Shown here piece by piece: positions 1 to 13,105 of a DNA stretch of 64,000 nucleotides (position 1 is the first letter of the stretch; each line of letters opens with the position of its first letter). The DNA is taken from positions 24,430,001 through 24,494,000 of the forward strand of contig NC_087437.1 in NCBI RefSeq assembly GCF_036321535.1. Reading direction: 5' to 3'. Below the pieces are notes generated by a model. That model searched no databases. It saw only the letters and a program-made list of their open reading frames with translations, and was not told the origin of the DNA. The stretch comes from Camelus dromedarius. Lineage: Eukaryota. A program made the translations under genes and the position numbers.

Positions 1-282
1 AGGCATACTCTAAATGCCAATTTGCATAAAGTATTGAAGATATACTTAAACTTCCCTCAAGATTGGAAAAATAATTTTTCAATGTGAAAAATAACATACA
101 TTTTACTGGTGAAAAACCTATAATACTAGGTAATCACATGAGAAATGAACTTTCCTGCCAGGTGAAAGTAAAATTTTATTGGCATTGACAATAAAGCAAT
201 TTACAGGATAAATATCACATGCTGATCCAATATTCAATGTTAATGATATAAAGGAGTCATATTTCAAAAAATTGTCAAAGAT

Positions 283-658
283 GTGACTTCCAATAGACCC
301 TGGGCCTCATTATATGCTCATTGTAATACATTTGCATGCTAAATGACACACCCACCAGTGCCGTGGCGGTTGATGATTGTCATGACAACAACCAGAAAAG
401 CCCATACAAGGACTGAAAAGTAGAGTTCTGGGTCCAAACCACATCCCTGTTCTCAGATAAGTCATGAATATTCCTACCACTCTTTCCAATTGACTCCCTT
501 TTACCTCAACCCTCCTACATATTTGGTGTCTCCATCAGAATTGGGTTGAGAAGTTGATTTGCGAGCTAGGTTCCCTCTTCTCCATTCTTTGGCTATTAAA
601 TAAAGCCTGTGCTGTTTCAGTCTCAAAAACAAGCAAACAAAAAAAAAAGTAAGCAAAC
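283..658 (+). mobile_element. MER41-like ERV1 LTR fragment (U3-R) ending in a poly(A)-like tail, flanked by TSDs
   Basis: The motif catttgcatgctaaatgacacacccaccagtgcc...gtcatgaatattcc resembles the MER41 LTR. AATAAA at 599-604, A-rich tail 625-658, direct repeats aaaaa(at)tgtcaaagat at 266-282 and 659-673. Confidence 0.7.
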
Positions 659-813
659 AAAAATGTCAAAGATAACTTACTATTTCTTCTAAACATATGT
701 TGCAAAGATCATGCTCAGCTTTATCCAGCTGCTGTTTGTATTTGGATCCCGTAGGAAACGATCAGATGAATTTATTCGCTTAACCACTTGTCTTTTGCAT
801 ATGTGTTTCCTAC

Positions 814-1492
814 GTATGCCAGTAATCAATTTATTGTCTCAGCTTTAAATCCACCCTTCACTGCCCTGGCTTATAAACTGGAGCTGGACCTTGTATATTT
901 TCTCCTTTGCCTGCTGGCAAAATGTTAAGCTCTGCCAGTAAAGGGCCCTGAAGGGCTGATGCTGTAGGAAGGGCTTGTATTCCTGTTCTGGTGTTTTCCT
1001 TCCTTTCCTCTCCTGCCAATCTCAGCTAGGCAAGGCAGTTCCAGGGAAGCTCACCCACAGCCAGTGTCAGTGACATCCCCACGGGCAGCTTCTCAGCTAA
1101 TTCAGCAACACTCACCACGGGCAGCTTCCTGCTGAACTTTCTTGGCATCCTACTGGATGGTTTCCTGACTGCCAGCCTTGTCCTGGTGTTTCTCAGTGAA
1201 ATTTTCCACTATCTAATGGGTCATAGCTACGCTCCCTCCAGTTAAGTCTAATCTCAGCCTTGAGGGGAGAGGAGTCTCCCGAATCTGTCCCTCCCCACCA
1301 ATATATGCTGTCTCAGCCTTGTGGGTGGGCCGTGGCTTTCCCTTAAATTCACTATTTCTCTCTGCTGTAGTTTTCTTTATGCTTAGTAATCAGTCCTGTC
1401 ATATCAATGCCCTGTTATTAATGCTTTATATAAAACTTTTCTTAATAAAATTTGTCTGGTTTCTGTCTCCTAGCTTGACAGTGACTGGTACA
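814..1492 (+). mobile_element. ERVL LTR, MER74/MER73-like
   Basis: 5' motif aatccacccttcactgccctggcttataaactggagctggacc...tttctcctttgcc; AATAAA near 1444; ends ...gactggtaca. Confidence 0.6.
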
Positions 1493-1510
1493 TGATTCAG
1501 AAGAATATTT

Positions 1511-1693
1511 TAGGGGCAGTGGGGAGGGCATAGTTGAGTGGTACAGTGTGTGCTTAGCATGCAAAAAATCCTGGGTTCAATCCCCAGTACCTCCATCAAA
1601 ATAAATAAACAAACAAACCTAATTACCTCCCCCCCTCCCCTGCAAAAAACAAAGCTGGAATAAATCTATGACTTGATTTTTGTTAAAAAAAAT
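1511..1693 (+). mobile_element. tRNA-derived SINE (camelid Vic-1-like) with 3' extension
   Basis: A-box-like tagttgagtggta, B-box gggttcaatccc, tail motif ctaattacctcccc; TSD aagaatatt at 1501-1509 and 1694-1702. Confidence 0.85.
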
Positions 1694-1829
1694 AAGAATA
1701 TTGTGAAGAATTCAACTTTACATATCTCACTAAGCCTCCAAATCCAAAGTCTTGTACTTGCCCACAAACTATCAATTTTCATTTCTCCCCTTTATTCACA
1801 TTCTTTTGTGATGTCCTCCATACTGACCA

Positions 1830-2232
1830 TCAGTTGGTGGTATAAATTGTTTTGGCTGACTGAACTTTTGCAAGTATAATGTGAGGAAGTGCTTAAAAAG
1901 CACTTGTGCAATGGGGCTTACCTTCTTGTGTACAGAACCCAGAGACTGCCATGTAATGAGTCTGAGCCAATATGCCAAAGAATGAGAGGCCATGTGAAAA
2001 ATAACTAAGACACCCTGCAAACAGCTGTCAGTGAGGCCAGGTTAGATCAGCGAGCCAGCAGCCAATCCACCAGTGGACCACAGATGCCTATGAGAAGCCA
2101 TCTGAGACACATCGAGCTGGCCCAGCCCTCCCAACAGACCTATAGATTCATGAGTTAAATAAATTGAGTGCTGTATTAAAACACTTAATTTTGGCATGGT
2201 TAGTTACACTGCAAAAAAAGCCAATTGATACA
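1830..2232 (+). mobile_element. MaLR LTR (MLT1 family)
   Basis: Typical MLT1 3' end: aataaattgagtgctgtattaaaacacttaattttggcatggttagttac...gataca. The 5' boundary is approximate. Confidence 0.65.
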
Positions 2233-2709
2233 ATGATCAAAGGCATTACATTATTTTCCAAAAGGAGACAGGGGGAAATAAAAGTTGAAGTTTCTAATTG
2301 GAAGCAAGGACTTATCAAAATGAAGTCCATGAATAATGGAAGACTTTTGCAGTGAAAAACTTCTCTGACAATACAAATTTGTCTAATTTAGACAAGCCAA
2401 ATTTTTCTGTTAAGTCATGAAAGCAAAAATATCAGTCAAATATAGAAGCTATTAGATTGTCTTTTAAAAATTTTTTGACCTATTGAAGCCAGTGGAAACA
2501 GATAAAAGTGAGAAGTTTATCTGTGATCATTAATGCAATTTAAAATGTTCTCTAAATTTTAAGTGAATTTCATAGAATTCCTAAACACAGTGATTTTATA
2601 CAACACGGTATCTCTAATACCAATTACAGAATTTTAACATGGTATAATTAGATTTCAGAAGGCTTTATAAAAGTAGGATAGAATTCTTCAATCAGTTTTA
2701 GAGTCCTTT

Positions 2710-2875
2710 TTAAAATTTTTTTTTTCCTAACACCTTTTTGTTTGTTTTGGGGGGAGAGGTAATTAGGTTTATTTGATTGATTGGTTTGTTTATTTTAATG
2801 GAGGTACTGGGGATTGAACCCAGGACTTTGTGCATACTAAGTTTGCACTCTACCATTGAGCTATACCATCCCCAC
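2710..2875 (-). mobile_element. tRNA-derived SINE (Vic-1-like)
   Basis: Reverse complement of the SINE body (gaggtactggggattgaacccagg...gagctatacc); TSD tttagagtccttt at 2697-2709 and 2876-2888. Confidence 0.9.
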
Positions 2876-3804
2876 TTTAGAGTCCTTTCCTAATGTTAAA
2901 AGTTCCACTTAAGTGCACCACAGTAGTATAAACATGACACAATAAAAAAACTGAATTTGTCCTCATAAACCTGCCTATTTTTCTATGTATTATTACTTCA
3001 GTAAGTCCACCATCTAAATCATGCACATGCTATAAACATGGCAATCATTGTCTACACCTTTTGCTCCTTTATTTTTGTGTTCAACCATCGTTGCCCAGAA
3101 TTTTCCTATCTTTTGAGGATGCCTTCTTCTTTCTATCCCCATTGCCAGCACCTTCATCAGTCAAAACCTTCCCCCTTCTTCCTCCATTTGATTACTCATC
3201 TCCATTTGATTGATTACTCACTGATTTCTCCTAACTAGTTACCAATGCATTCTCCACCTTCTCCGTATGGCAGACCTCTCTTCCATGCATCACTCGCCTA
3301 CCATCCTATCTCCCAGTCTTCCATCTTTAGCCACAGGCTCAGGGAAGCTCTCCTGTTCTCAGAAAAGAGGGCCAACATGTCATTTAGCACCTTTGCTAAC
3401 CTGGGTTCTTGATCTTCTATCAATATTTCCATTCTCTTTCTCTTCCTTGATATTAAATTTTGGCAATCTTTGGGGTTCTATTTTCAGATTACTATTCTCT
3501 TCACTCTAATAAACTACATATTTATTAAAGTACCATACCAATATAAAAGTATACAAAAATTCAACAGTTCTTTTGTTAAAAACCCATATAGCATATACTT
3601 GATATAATTATGTTGTGATGACAACCTCAAAGAAAGAATTTTCTAAGATCTGTAAAATATAAAATATATTTTCCATTATAAATCTATAGAGTCTTCACAT
3701 TGATACAAAGGAAAAAACTTTAAAATAGAGATAGCATATTCATAATTTATTATAGATTTCCTACTGTTGAAGTTCTGTAAAAAGGAAATTTGGAAGATTT
3801 TATA

Positions 3805-4005
3805 GTGATTAAACATAGGTTTGAAATCAAAAGTTCTGGGGATAGAGGGGCTTTCTACTAACCAGCTGTGGCAGATTTCTTAAAGTATACTTTTACTTAC
3901 TTCACTTATATGTAAAATGGAAAAAAATAGCTTCTAGTAAGAATTCTAATGAAATGACATACTTAATGTTTATCACAATTTCTAGCGCCTAATAAGCATT
4001 CAGGA
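3805..4005 (+). mobile_element. MIR, highly diverged
   Basis: tagtgattaaacataggtttgaaatca...agctgtg...tgtaaaatgg follows the order of the MIR consensus. Confidence 0.5.
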
Positions 4006-4899
4006 ATGGCAACTGAAGCAGTAATTTGGTCTTTGTGTCTTCTCTTTCTTTCCCTATTCCCAGATGTCTCCTCTCCTCTACTCAAAAAAAAAAAAAAAAA
4101 GGTGTAAAACTTAGAAAATAATGAATGGCATCTAGATCTCTAAGAAGGCTTTACTATTCTTTGGACGTACAATGTAAACTTTGAAATCCAACTTTGAGAA
4201 CCCTTTTGTGCCATCACCACTGATCACCATGAAAGTACGTCAAGAGGGAAAGAAATGTGGATTAAGATTAGCAGCCTTCCACCCTGAAAGTGGAGACGCC
4301 AAGCAGAATTTTTTTTTTTTAAGTTGAGTGCCTTATGTAATGGGGAGGACCAGGAAATGGAAAAAAACCATCCATGCCATTTTTCAATCCCTAAAACAGG
4401 CCTAATTCCAAAAGGGACAAACGTTCCTGGAGTGACCAGGCTCGTAGTAAGAAACAGATGGAAAGGAAGGGGGACGCCACTCCTGAAGAGAGGTTATTGC
4501 ACACATCTGTGCGATGACCACTCACATTTTTTTTTAATATGCACTGCCTAGTCCCTAAGCTTTCTGCTTGTCTTTTTTGCCTTCCCTCAGTTCATCTATG
4601 TTTTTAAAAGAGTCAGTACAATAAATTGTTTGAGAAGAATGGTCTTTCATGATGGAGGTAGCCCCCTCAGGTATTCTGAGTATGAGATTTATGGGCACTC
4701 AGGTCCCTTTTTCATTCCCTTCCAAGGTCCCTCCATTTCACTTCCAGTTGTTCACATCCTGTTTCAAGAGACACCCTATGGAGCTGATCACATGCAAGAC
4801 AGCCTGTTTCAAATTCTTTTATTTATTAGGAAAATTTTCTTTCAAAGTCCTGGAATCAGACAGAAGACCCCAGGGCCCCAGGGCCACGGGTAATGTGCT

Positions 4900-4983
4900 A
4901 ATCCTCCTCGGCCCTCAATCCTCCTCGGCCCTCAATCCTCCTCATTCCTTCCCCCAAGTCCTCGTTCCTTCCCCCAAGTCATC
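4900..4983. repeat. Adjacent short tandem duplications (17-bp unit x2.6, then 20-bp unit x2)
   Basis: aatcctcctcggccctc at 4900-4916 and 4917-4933, partial copy to 4943; (a/g)ttccttcccccaagtc(c/a)tc at 4944-4963 and 4964-4983. Confidence 0.9.
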
Positions 4984-5219
4984 ATTTCTTCCATTTCACA
5001 AATCAGAAAGAAATTCCTAAACTTGATGTTTCAAAGGAATGGTGGTCAAACCTCCTATTAATACAATCACATATTAATTTTGGAATTTCATCCTTTTCAG
5101 GGTAGTAAATCTTACTTTATGTGTCTGATCTTCCTACTTACAAATACTGACTTCCCTTTTGCATTGTAATCTTGCAAATAATTTTACACCACTTTATCTA
5201 GCCAGTACAAAGGGTAATT

Positions 5220-5560
5220 AGAGCAAAGTCAAAAACTGACAGCCCACAGGTCAGATCCAGCCTAAAATATATTGTTTGACCCTCAGACTATTTTAAAATC
5301 CTTTGAGTTTATTGCCAGCATTTAGAGGACAGAATTTGATGTTAAATCTGTATTTCCTGGTTCCTGTGAAGCACTGGAAATTCTTGCAATACTGGATTAA
5401 GCTTTACGCTTGAAAGCAAATTGGCTGAAACCCTTTCAGCATGGACTTGTGTTTTACAGTCCAACTCAGCCTCTATCACCGGTGATGTCTTTCTCCCATC
5501 CCACTTCATTCATTTACATTATCTTCCTGTCCCCTTTCAATAACATTTGTGATCCCTGCC
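5220..5560. mobile_element. hAT-Charlie-type DNA transposon remnant (MER58-like termini)
   Basis: aaactgacagcccacaggtcagatccagcc resembles the MER58/Charlie end; the far end is tttgtgatccctg. Confidence 0.4.
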
Positions 5561-6189
5561 TGTGTGTTCTCTCTCTCTCTCACACACACGCAGAGTATAT
5601 CTGATATCTAATGTATGGGAATATTTTCTGAAGCTTTTCCTACCTTATACATTTTCTCAACAAACATTACCTGCTCTAAATCAAAGTCAGTACAACTTAA
5701 AGAGTGATTCCAAATTTTTAGTTTTGCTAGAACACTTCTTTACAAGCTCCAGCTTCAGGCCAAGCTGGGGTTTAGGCATACCTGGATGTGCCTAGGGACC
5801 TTTAAGAGATAGGGAAGAAACCTGCCAGGGCTCTTATTACATGGGATTCTAAGAAGGGACATACTGGTAAAGAACTCATTCTAAGGGCAATTCAAAAAAC
5901 AGGATTGAAGGTGCAGTGAGAAACTGATCCTAAGATAACATAGTTAAGTCAAGGTGATCCCGGTTCAGGTCCCATTCACTTCTGCCTGAGTCCTAAGGAG
6001 AGAGAGGAACAGAAGTAGAAACCCCAGAACCTAGCTGTTTAAAGCTTCTGTAGGACAAGAGGACACATGTCTTTGCCAGAGGGCAGCCCCAGAAAACCAT
6101 TACCTTATGTCCATCAACCACAATACCCTCAATGTTTAATGTAAAGTATGAAAACATAAATCAGATGAGTATTTGGATAATCTTAAGAG

Positions 6190-7220
6190 TAGATAAGGAC
6201 CTCTCTAAACACTGAATGAACAAATAGAGGAATGACCTCTGACTGTATATATTTTTGACTGACTATATAAATTTTTGAAATTTCTGCATGGCAACAGCAT
6301 TTCAAATTAAAGTGGAAATCTATTTGCAACACAGATGATGGAGTAAAAGTATCCTTAATATAAAAGGTGGTCTTGTAAACTCGTACAAACCAGTTAGAAA
6401 ATAGAAAATTGGGCAAAGGACATAATTCATAAAAGATAATCAAATGTCTGGAAATATAGGAATATTTTATCATTCATTACTTGAAAATATATAAAAACTA
6501 TGAGGCACCTTTTTTCACTATATTAGCAAAGATAAAGAAATGGCCATGCCCTTATAAACCACCATAAATTAAAATTGCCACAGCCTTTCTGAAAGGTATT
6601 TTGACAAGTAACAAAAAATGCTCATTTTCATATTCTTCAATCCAGCAGCTCCTCTAAAAATGTATACTTAAGAAAAACTAAAGATTTGAGCAAAAATACA
6701 TATATACAAAAATGTTCATTGGAATGTTATTACTTTTAATAGTAAAAAAACTGAAATAAAAAGAAATCCTTTGCAATAAAAAGATTCAGGAGGGGTCAGG
6801 GTGTAGCTCAGTGGTAGAGCACATGCTCAGCATGTGTGAGGTCCTGGGTTCAATCCCCAGTGCCTCCGGTAAGTAAATAAATAAACCTAATTACCACCCT
6901 TCACCCCAAAAATGGAAAAGATTAAGGAAATAATTTTATATCCATATAGTAGAATACTATTCCAGCTCTTAAAAAAAAAAAAAAACTTGTATCAAGAATT
7001 TATGGACAGAGGGGAAAGAACAGAATATACTAATTAGGGCACAATATATGCTACCATATATTATGTGCAGAACCCTTTTTTAAAGAATCTGCATGAGGAA
7101 TAGCCACCAAAATGATAACAGTGTTCATATAGATTTGGGACATTTTATACATTTATCTTTAGTTATTTCTAAGTTCGTTCCAATTTTTATGAAATACGTT
7201 TGTAATTAGGGTAAAAGTCA
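6190..7220 (+). mobile_element. Ancient L1 (L1ME-like) ORF2 end and 3' UTR, interrupted by a SINE
   Basis: Degraded L1 motifs atctatttgcaaca, aaaattgggcaaaggacat, cacagcctttctgaaagg, ccatatagtagaatactattccagc. Confidence 0.55.
6792..6915 (+). mobile_element. tRNA-derived SINE (Vic-1-like)
   Basis: gtgtagctcagtggtagagc...ggtcctgggttcaatccccag, tail ctaattacc; TSD aaaagatt(c/a)agga on both sides. Confidence 0.9.
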
Positions 7221-9897
7221 AATTTTATCTTAAGTGTTGCTCAAATAAAGTAATGGTTGAGGAATTGTATAGCCTAGTTCCAGATCTACATCAGAAGTGT
7301 CAATTAAAAATTGGGGTTAGGCCAGGCAGGAGACCACAGCAACAATGTGGTCCATAGCACGAGTGGTAGACTTTGAGTCATCCCACAGACATAATAGAAA
7401 CCTCTGGCAAACGTGAAAAATTCCCAGCACCCAGTACAGACGTGTGCCCTGATAAGAACAATGGCAAGAGAGGAGGACCAGGAGAGGTAGCAGGGATGTC
7501 AGACAGATGCCCTTCAGTAGCACAGATTTAATCGTGAACGAGCTGGGTTAAGCTCTGGACACTTCGAGAAATGGTTGGGGCAGATTCTGCAGACAGCTGG
7601 GCTCTTACATTCACAGGTAGACCCCAAAGCATTCAAATTATAGGTACTTCCTGTTAAAGTGACCTCATGTTTTACGCCACACTGTGGTGGCCTGAAGAAA
7701 TATGAGTAGATCCCTTTTTCACGGTTTTAACAATAATACCTATATCCGTATATACTGTCCTTTCATCTGCATTTTGCTGAACCAAAACATATACTTTGCT
7801 GAAGTTTACTTCTGCTGCTCTTAGATGACATACAGAATTCATCTATTATTTATTAACTGGGCAAGTATTTCCTATAAACTAAGACCATTTTATGAGCCAA
7901 ATGATAGGTTAATGGAATTGAAACAATTGTTCTGTTTCAGGCTGTAGTAGTTTATAAGTGTAGGCATGTTGCTGTGATTTGTCTGTCTCTAAAACAGGGA
8001 AAAACAGACCTGTCTAAAGTGGTTAGAGCTTGTTGTGCATAGTGCTAATAAGACATAAGATTGAGGGTACAATTAAGCAGCATTCAAAAACAACGATCAG
8101 TAATTCAGCAGCCCTCATGAACATCGTGGATTTAATTCAGGTAATGCATGATTACTTTGACACATAAATACACTTTTCTCAGTCTCAGGCCACAGTGATG
8201 CAAAGAAAATCCAAGTAAATAATTTACATCTTCCAATTTCATTTCTAAACCCTGTTAATTTGTTGCTGTATACCCAATTATCTGATTTTTTTAAAGTGTT
8301 AATCACATGCTTTACTTCACCGACCCCCCCCCCCCCCAACAAAGGAGAGGAAAGAGAAATTAGATAAAGCAAATACAGCGAATCTTAAGTCATTGTTAAA
8401 ACTGGTTTATGGGTATAGGGGAGCTCATTGCTCTTTGCCCTTCTGTTTGTATTTGAAGCTTTTCATAATATAGTTTATTGAATGTTTTAAATACTGATTC
8501 CAATTTAAAACAGATCATACATCAACATAGCATCATTCCATATCATGGGAAAAAACTTTTCTTTAAATTCCTCTCTTTTCACATTGGCTAAGAACCTTGC
8601 CATGTTCCATCTCTGACTCAGAGTTTTTCTAGATGCATTGAGGACACTGTTAATTGACGCTCCAAGCAATTTTAACAAACAAGTATATGAATGAAAACCT
8701 TCTGGAACCTCAATATTCTGTTCCCCAAGGGCCAAACCTACACCTCCATAGTCTCAGAAATGAAATCCCTAACCTCAGTAATAACACAACTATTGCTCAC
8801 CAGTGAGATGCATTAGGAAGAAAACATGCTCTGGGTTTTCACAGTCCTCAAAATATGGTCTAGCCACAGCCGCTGAAGAACTACGTGCACAGAGGACAAA
8901 AGGCTCAAAGACTAGACCCTCTGGTATTCCCTAAATTATTATATTCTCTTGTTGCCATGGGCGGCTATGGCCCAGCATCTCAGTAGTTCTCCTAAGTAGA
9001 TCCAAATACTTCTCCTTTGGTACCCCTGGACCATGGTCCCACCCCCCTTGAGGTCTCAACAGTATTATTCCCTGTTTGCACAGAAGAGCTGCAGTTTACA
9101 CCTGGTTGTCCCCATATAATTACTAACGCACTGCATTTCATTCAACCCAAACCATTCCCCACATTCAAGGTAATCAATCATTCATTCATTCTTTTCCATA
9201 CATATACTGAGATTTGTTTTTTCCTCTGTACCTTTGTACCTTTGATCAACTTTTTAATCTGAGTAAAATGGGCCCTGTGCTTGGAATTGTCATCTTTAGC
9301 AAATATTAATGTAACTGGAAATGCTGTATCTCAAATAATGGATTTTTAAAGTATGTTCCAAATAATTCATGAGACATACTTCAGAAATTATCTATTGTTT
9401 ATTTAAATTCAAATTTGACGAAACATCCTATATTTTATCTGATAACCCAATTACACCCCAGTCTACATCTTCAAGGCATAAGGGAAATGCTTTTCCACTT
9501 TGAAACCGATCAAAGCCTTCTTATTTCCTTTCAGTGCTGCCTCCGAGAGGTTTTTACTGTGCCTCTCATAACACCACGTGTTCTAACTAGCATCAAAACC
9601 ACTCAAGTAACATGTCTCTTCTCTTCCTTTTTGTGTGACTTGAGGACAAGAACTGAGCTTGTTTTTTTCTGCCTTATATTGTTAATCACATATTGACTTC
9701 TACCAGCAATCTAAGTATTTTGAATGTCTAGGAACAAGCATGATAGTGATCTTAGTTGGACTTCACAAATTAGTAAATTATTTAAATTTCCCCAGGATTA
9801 TTTTGAAAATTCCCTTTAATGGCTTCACAGCTGCTCACAAAGACAGTTAAATAATAAACGCATTTATCCATCACAGAATGAAAAATACAGCTACTAG

Positions 9898-10057
9898 ATT
9901 CATTGATTGTAACAACAAATACATCACTGGCTGTGAGATGTTGCTAGCAGGGGAGGTGGTGGGCATGCGGGGCAGGAGGTACATCGGAACTGTCTGTATT
10001 TTCCACTCCTTTTTGTTGTGAACCAAAAACTGCTTTAAAAGTCTATTTAAAAAAAAA
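9898..10057 (+). mobile_element. Old L1 (L1MC/MD-like) 3' end
   Basis: ttcattgattgtaaca...ggaactgtctgtattttccactcctttttgttgtgaaccaaaaactgctttaaaa followed by an A-run. Confidence 0.65.
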
Positions 10058-12944
10058 TTTTATGAAACAGGTCAATCTGAATTGAGCTTAAAATAATACA
10101 GCCACTATTGAAAATTTCCTAAAATAATGGATGTGACCCAGGTGATCGATATAATTCTTGACGTACACATTATTAAAAATACTCTTGTTTTCACAACTAA
10201 CGCTTGGTTTGATTTGAATAACTCTGTCTTGGACAAAAAACCCTTATAAAGTCAATTTTGATTTAGTTTATAGAATTTTCAAACTAATGCAAAGCATATT
10301 AGCCCTATCTACCTTTAGTTTTCTGGCAGATATTTTTTTTTAGACACAGCACTTTGAAAGAAAACTGTTATCAGAATATCTCACCTGCTAAGAGAATTGC
10401 TGGATTACATGTAAATTTAATCCCCAAGATATGAAGATCAGTTATGAAATAATTCTAGTACTCTTTATTTTCTTGCATTTAAGTGTGTATACACACACAG
10501 GAGAAATATAATCAATCCAATTAATTATCATTAACTCCCCAACTTCTTCCAAGAGACAGAAATAATCATTTTGTTGGTTAAATTATTTTCATAAAAATGT
10601 GTCTCACTGCAAAAATATTTCTTCTAACTTTTTTCCCTAGTTCTTTGTGAATCACTCAATTCATTCACTGTTCATCAATAATTTACTGCACATCTATTAC
10701 CTACAGTTTAGCGTTTGGATATTATCTTACAGCACATTATGGTCTCATCCATGCAGCCTAAAAAGCCAAGTATGAACTATTTTTGAAAATGGAGAATCAA
10801 GAATTAGAAGCTCAAGCTAAAGCGTTTTCTCAGAGAAAACACTGAGTATGTGCACAGCTACGTCAAATTGAAAACATAATTTCAACCCACTTTCAGTTAA
10901 ACAATTTTACTTTCCATTTTAAAGCCGTCTACAAGACCTTTAGTCACAGGTTGAATCAAGACATGCTAAAAGCAAAACATCATTTCCATCTTGACAAAAA
11001 TTAAGTGGTTCTGGTCTCCCTGGGAATGTCAACATCCTCTGCCAATGCGCAGCTTTTAGGGTTGTGAATGAAGTATCCGGACCCCAGCCCAGTCAACCAC
11101 ATCAGTTGAATCAACCCTAGTAATCAGTGGGATGCTGATGTCACAGTCAGACCGCACTAGGAGTCACAAAGATAATGTACTCTATGGCCAAGAAAAGAAT
11201 GCAAACACGACAGTGTCTTTCAGACCACAATACGGGAATGAGACAAGATGTTTTCCCTAAATTCTCTTGTTGTTACTGAAAACCAGGATTCAGTCCAGAG
11301 CTCCACATCAAGGAAGAAAATTGGATTTAATAAAATTTTTTTAAAAATCCCAAGAAAACTGTAAATAAATATATGTGCAATTGAAAAACATGACGGTAAT
11401 TTTATTTTATTTTTTTACTAATCGCATAGCCTCCACCAATATTTCACCGTGACAATTCGATGGCCGTGGTATTTTGCAAATCTCTAAATAAGTTGGAAGA
11501 TAAAGTGATTCATAGCAAACATAATGGATCTTCCCCTCACTGCCACATAAATAGTATTTGTTATAAAAGTTTAAAAGCCACATTTATGCATTAAATTATT
11601 AAAGCAAGTATAATGCTTCCACATTGTATTGTTTTGCAAGGGTTAGTGTGGAACCTTCACCATTTATCATACATGTACTTCTGTCTTTTTTCTACTCAGA
11701 AGCACAGCATGAAAAAACTTCATTTCACATTGAAACATCACTATGTGGAACAGTGTGATGAAATGAGACACAGGAGGAGTTATACTCCGGTAAACAGTTG
11801 GTCTACGGGAATGATAGCGTTTTATGCTGAGACTGATATATCAATTTTAAGTCCTAAGAGATGACTGATCTGAAAGCCAGAATGTCACTAGTGATGGAGT
11901 ATATGCATGTGAAAAATTACAGGTAACGTGACCAGCCCTGCTGAGAAGCCTCTCACACAGGCCTGTTTTACAAACCAGCACAGAACCATGATCCTCCCTC
12001 CAGTGATGGCTCCCGATTAATTATTCCGTATCGCTGGTTGACGAAAAGCTTTCGTGTTGTCATGGGCATCTAAAATGTGTCACTAAATCATCTTAGTTCA
12101 ATGATGTTGTAAATGTGACCAGAAATATCTTTCACAGATTGTTTTGATATGCAGATGTTTTATATAAAGAAAAAAACAGAGATGGAGGTTTTAGGAGAAA
12201 AAACTGTTTCACTCAACCATCTAAGAATTCACAACACTGTTTTTCTTGGCTCAAATAAAAGAGGAAGCACCTAGTTTTGTTTCCTCTCACATTCTCAAAG
12301 TGAAAAGTATTTTTCACCATGTATATAAACTGTGGAAAGATTTTGAAAATATTTCCTTTATTAAAATAAGAGGTTCCAGAACTACTGCTGGCAGCTTCAG
12401 TCACCTGGATAGAAACTGGCACTCAGCCCACCATCCAAGTAAAAGATACATGCTGGAATTAATTGGCGTTATATTTTAAATCTTCTATAGTTTACCTCTC
12501 CTGAAAATATAGAGACTTGAAGATTGGTATGATTATGAAATAATGGCTTCTGGATAGCCATAGGCAAGTTCTCTGTGCCTCAGTTTTCTCATCTATGAAA
12601 TGGGGCTAATAATTATCTCAGAGGCTAATAATTATCTCAGACTCAATAGCAATGGCAAGTGCCATGGAAGGATTTTCTGTTAGTCACTATGGTTCAGTAT
12701 TTCCAGTTGCCATTGCAGGACCACAAGGAAGTATATGCCTTCAAAACCAATGGTTCTACGGGTAGTAATATGTTAACACGGACACAAAATTTAAATGGGA
12801 TAGTATAAGACAATGGATGTAGAACAGAAGTAATGGCCCAAAGACAAAAAACAAGACATGACCAAGTGTTCTTTACTGAGCCCTCCTCCCCCTCACCAAT
12901 CAGCATCCAGAGGCATCACTGATCTGGGAGTGAATATAGGATAT

Positions 12945-13105
12945 AGAACCAGACTTTCTGTGTCAGACTTGCATTTTCAGAACTTTCACTCGTAATGGGC
13001 AAGTCACAAAAGTTCTCTGAGCCGCAGTTCTCTTACCTAAAATGGGAATAATACTACCCTTTTCACAATATATGTGGCAATCAAATCTGATGACAATTCT
13101 AAAAA
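12945..13105 (+). mobile_element. MIR
   Basis: gggcaagtcacaaaagttctctgagccgcagttctcttacctaaaatgggaataatactacc resembles the MIR core. Confidence 0.6.

Noticed and set aside
6796..6870. tRNA-like sequences with A and B boxes (also at the other SINE copies)
   Set aside because: They carry the shared SINE tail and TSDs, so they are SINE heads rather than tRNA genes.
12604..12641. 19-bp tandem duplication; similar ones at 45413-45450 and about 3180-3220
   Set aside because: Two-copy slippage duplications with no spacers; not CRISPR-like and no sign of function.
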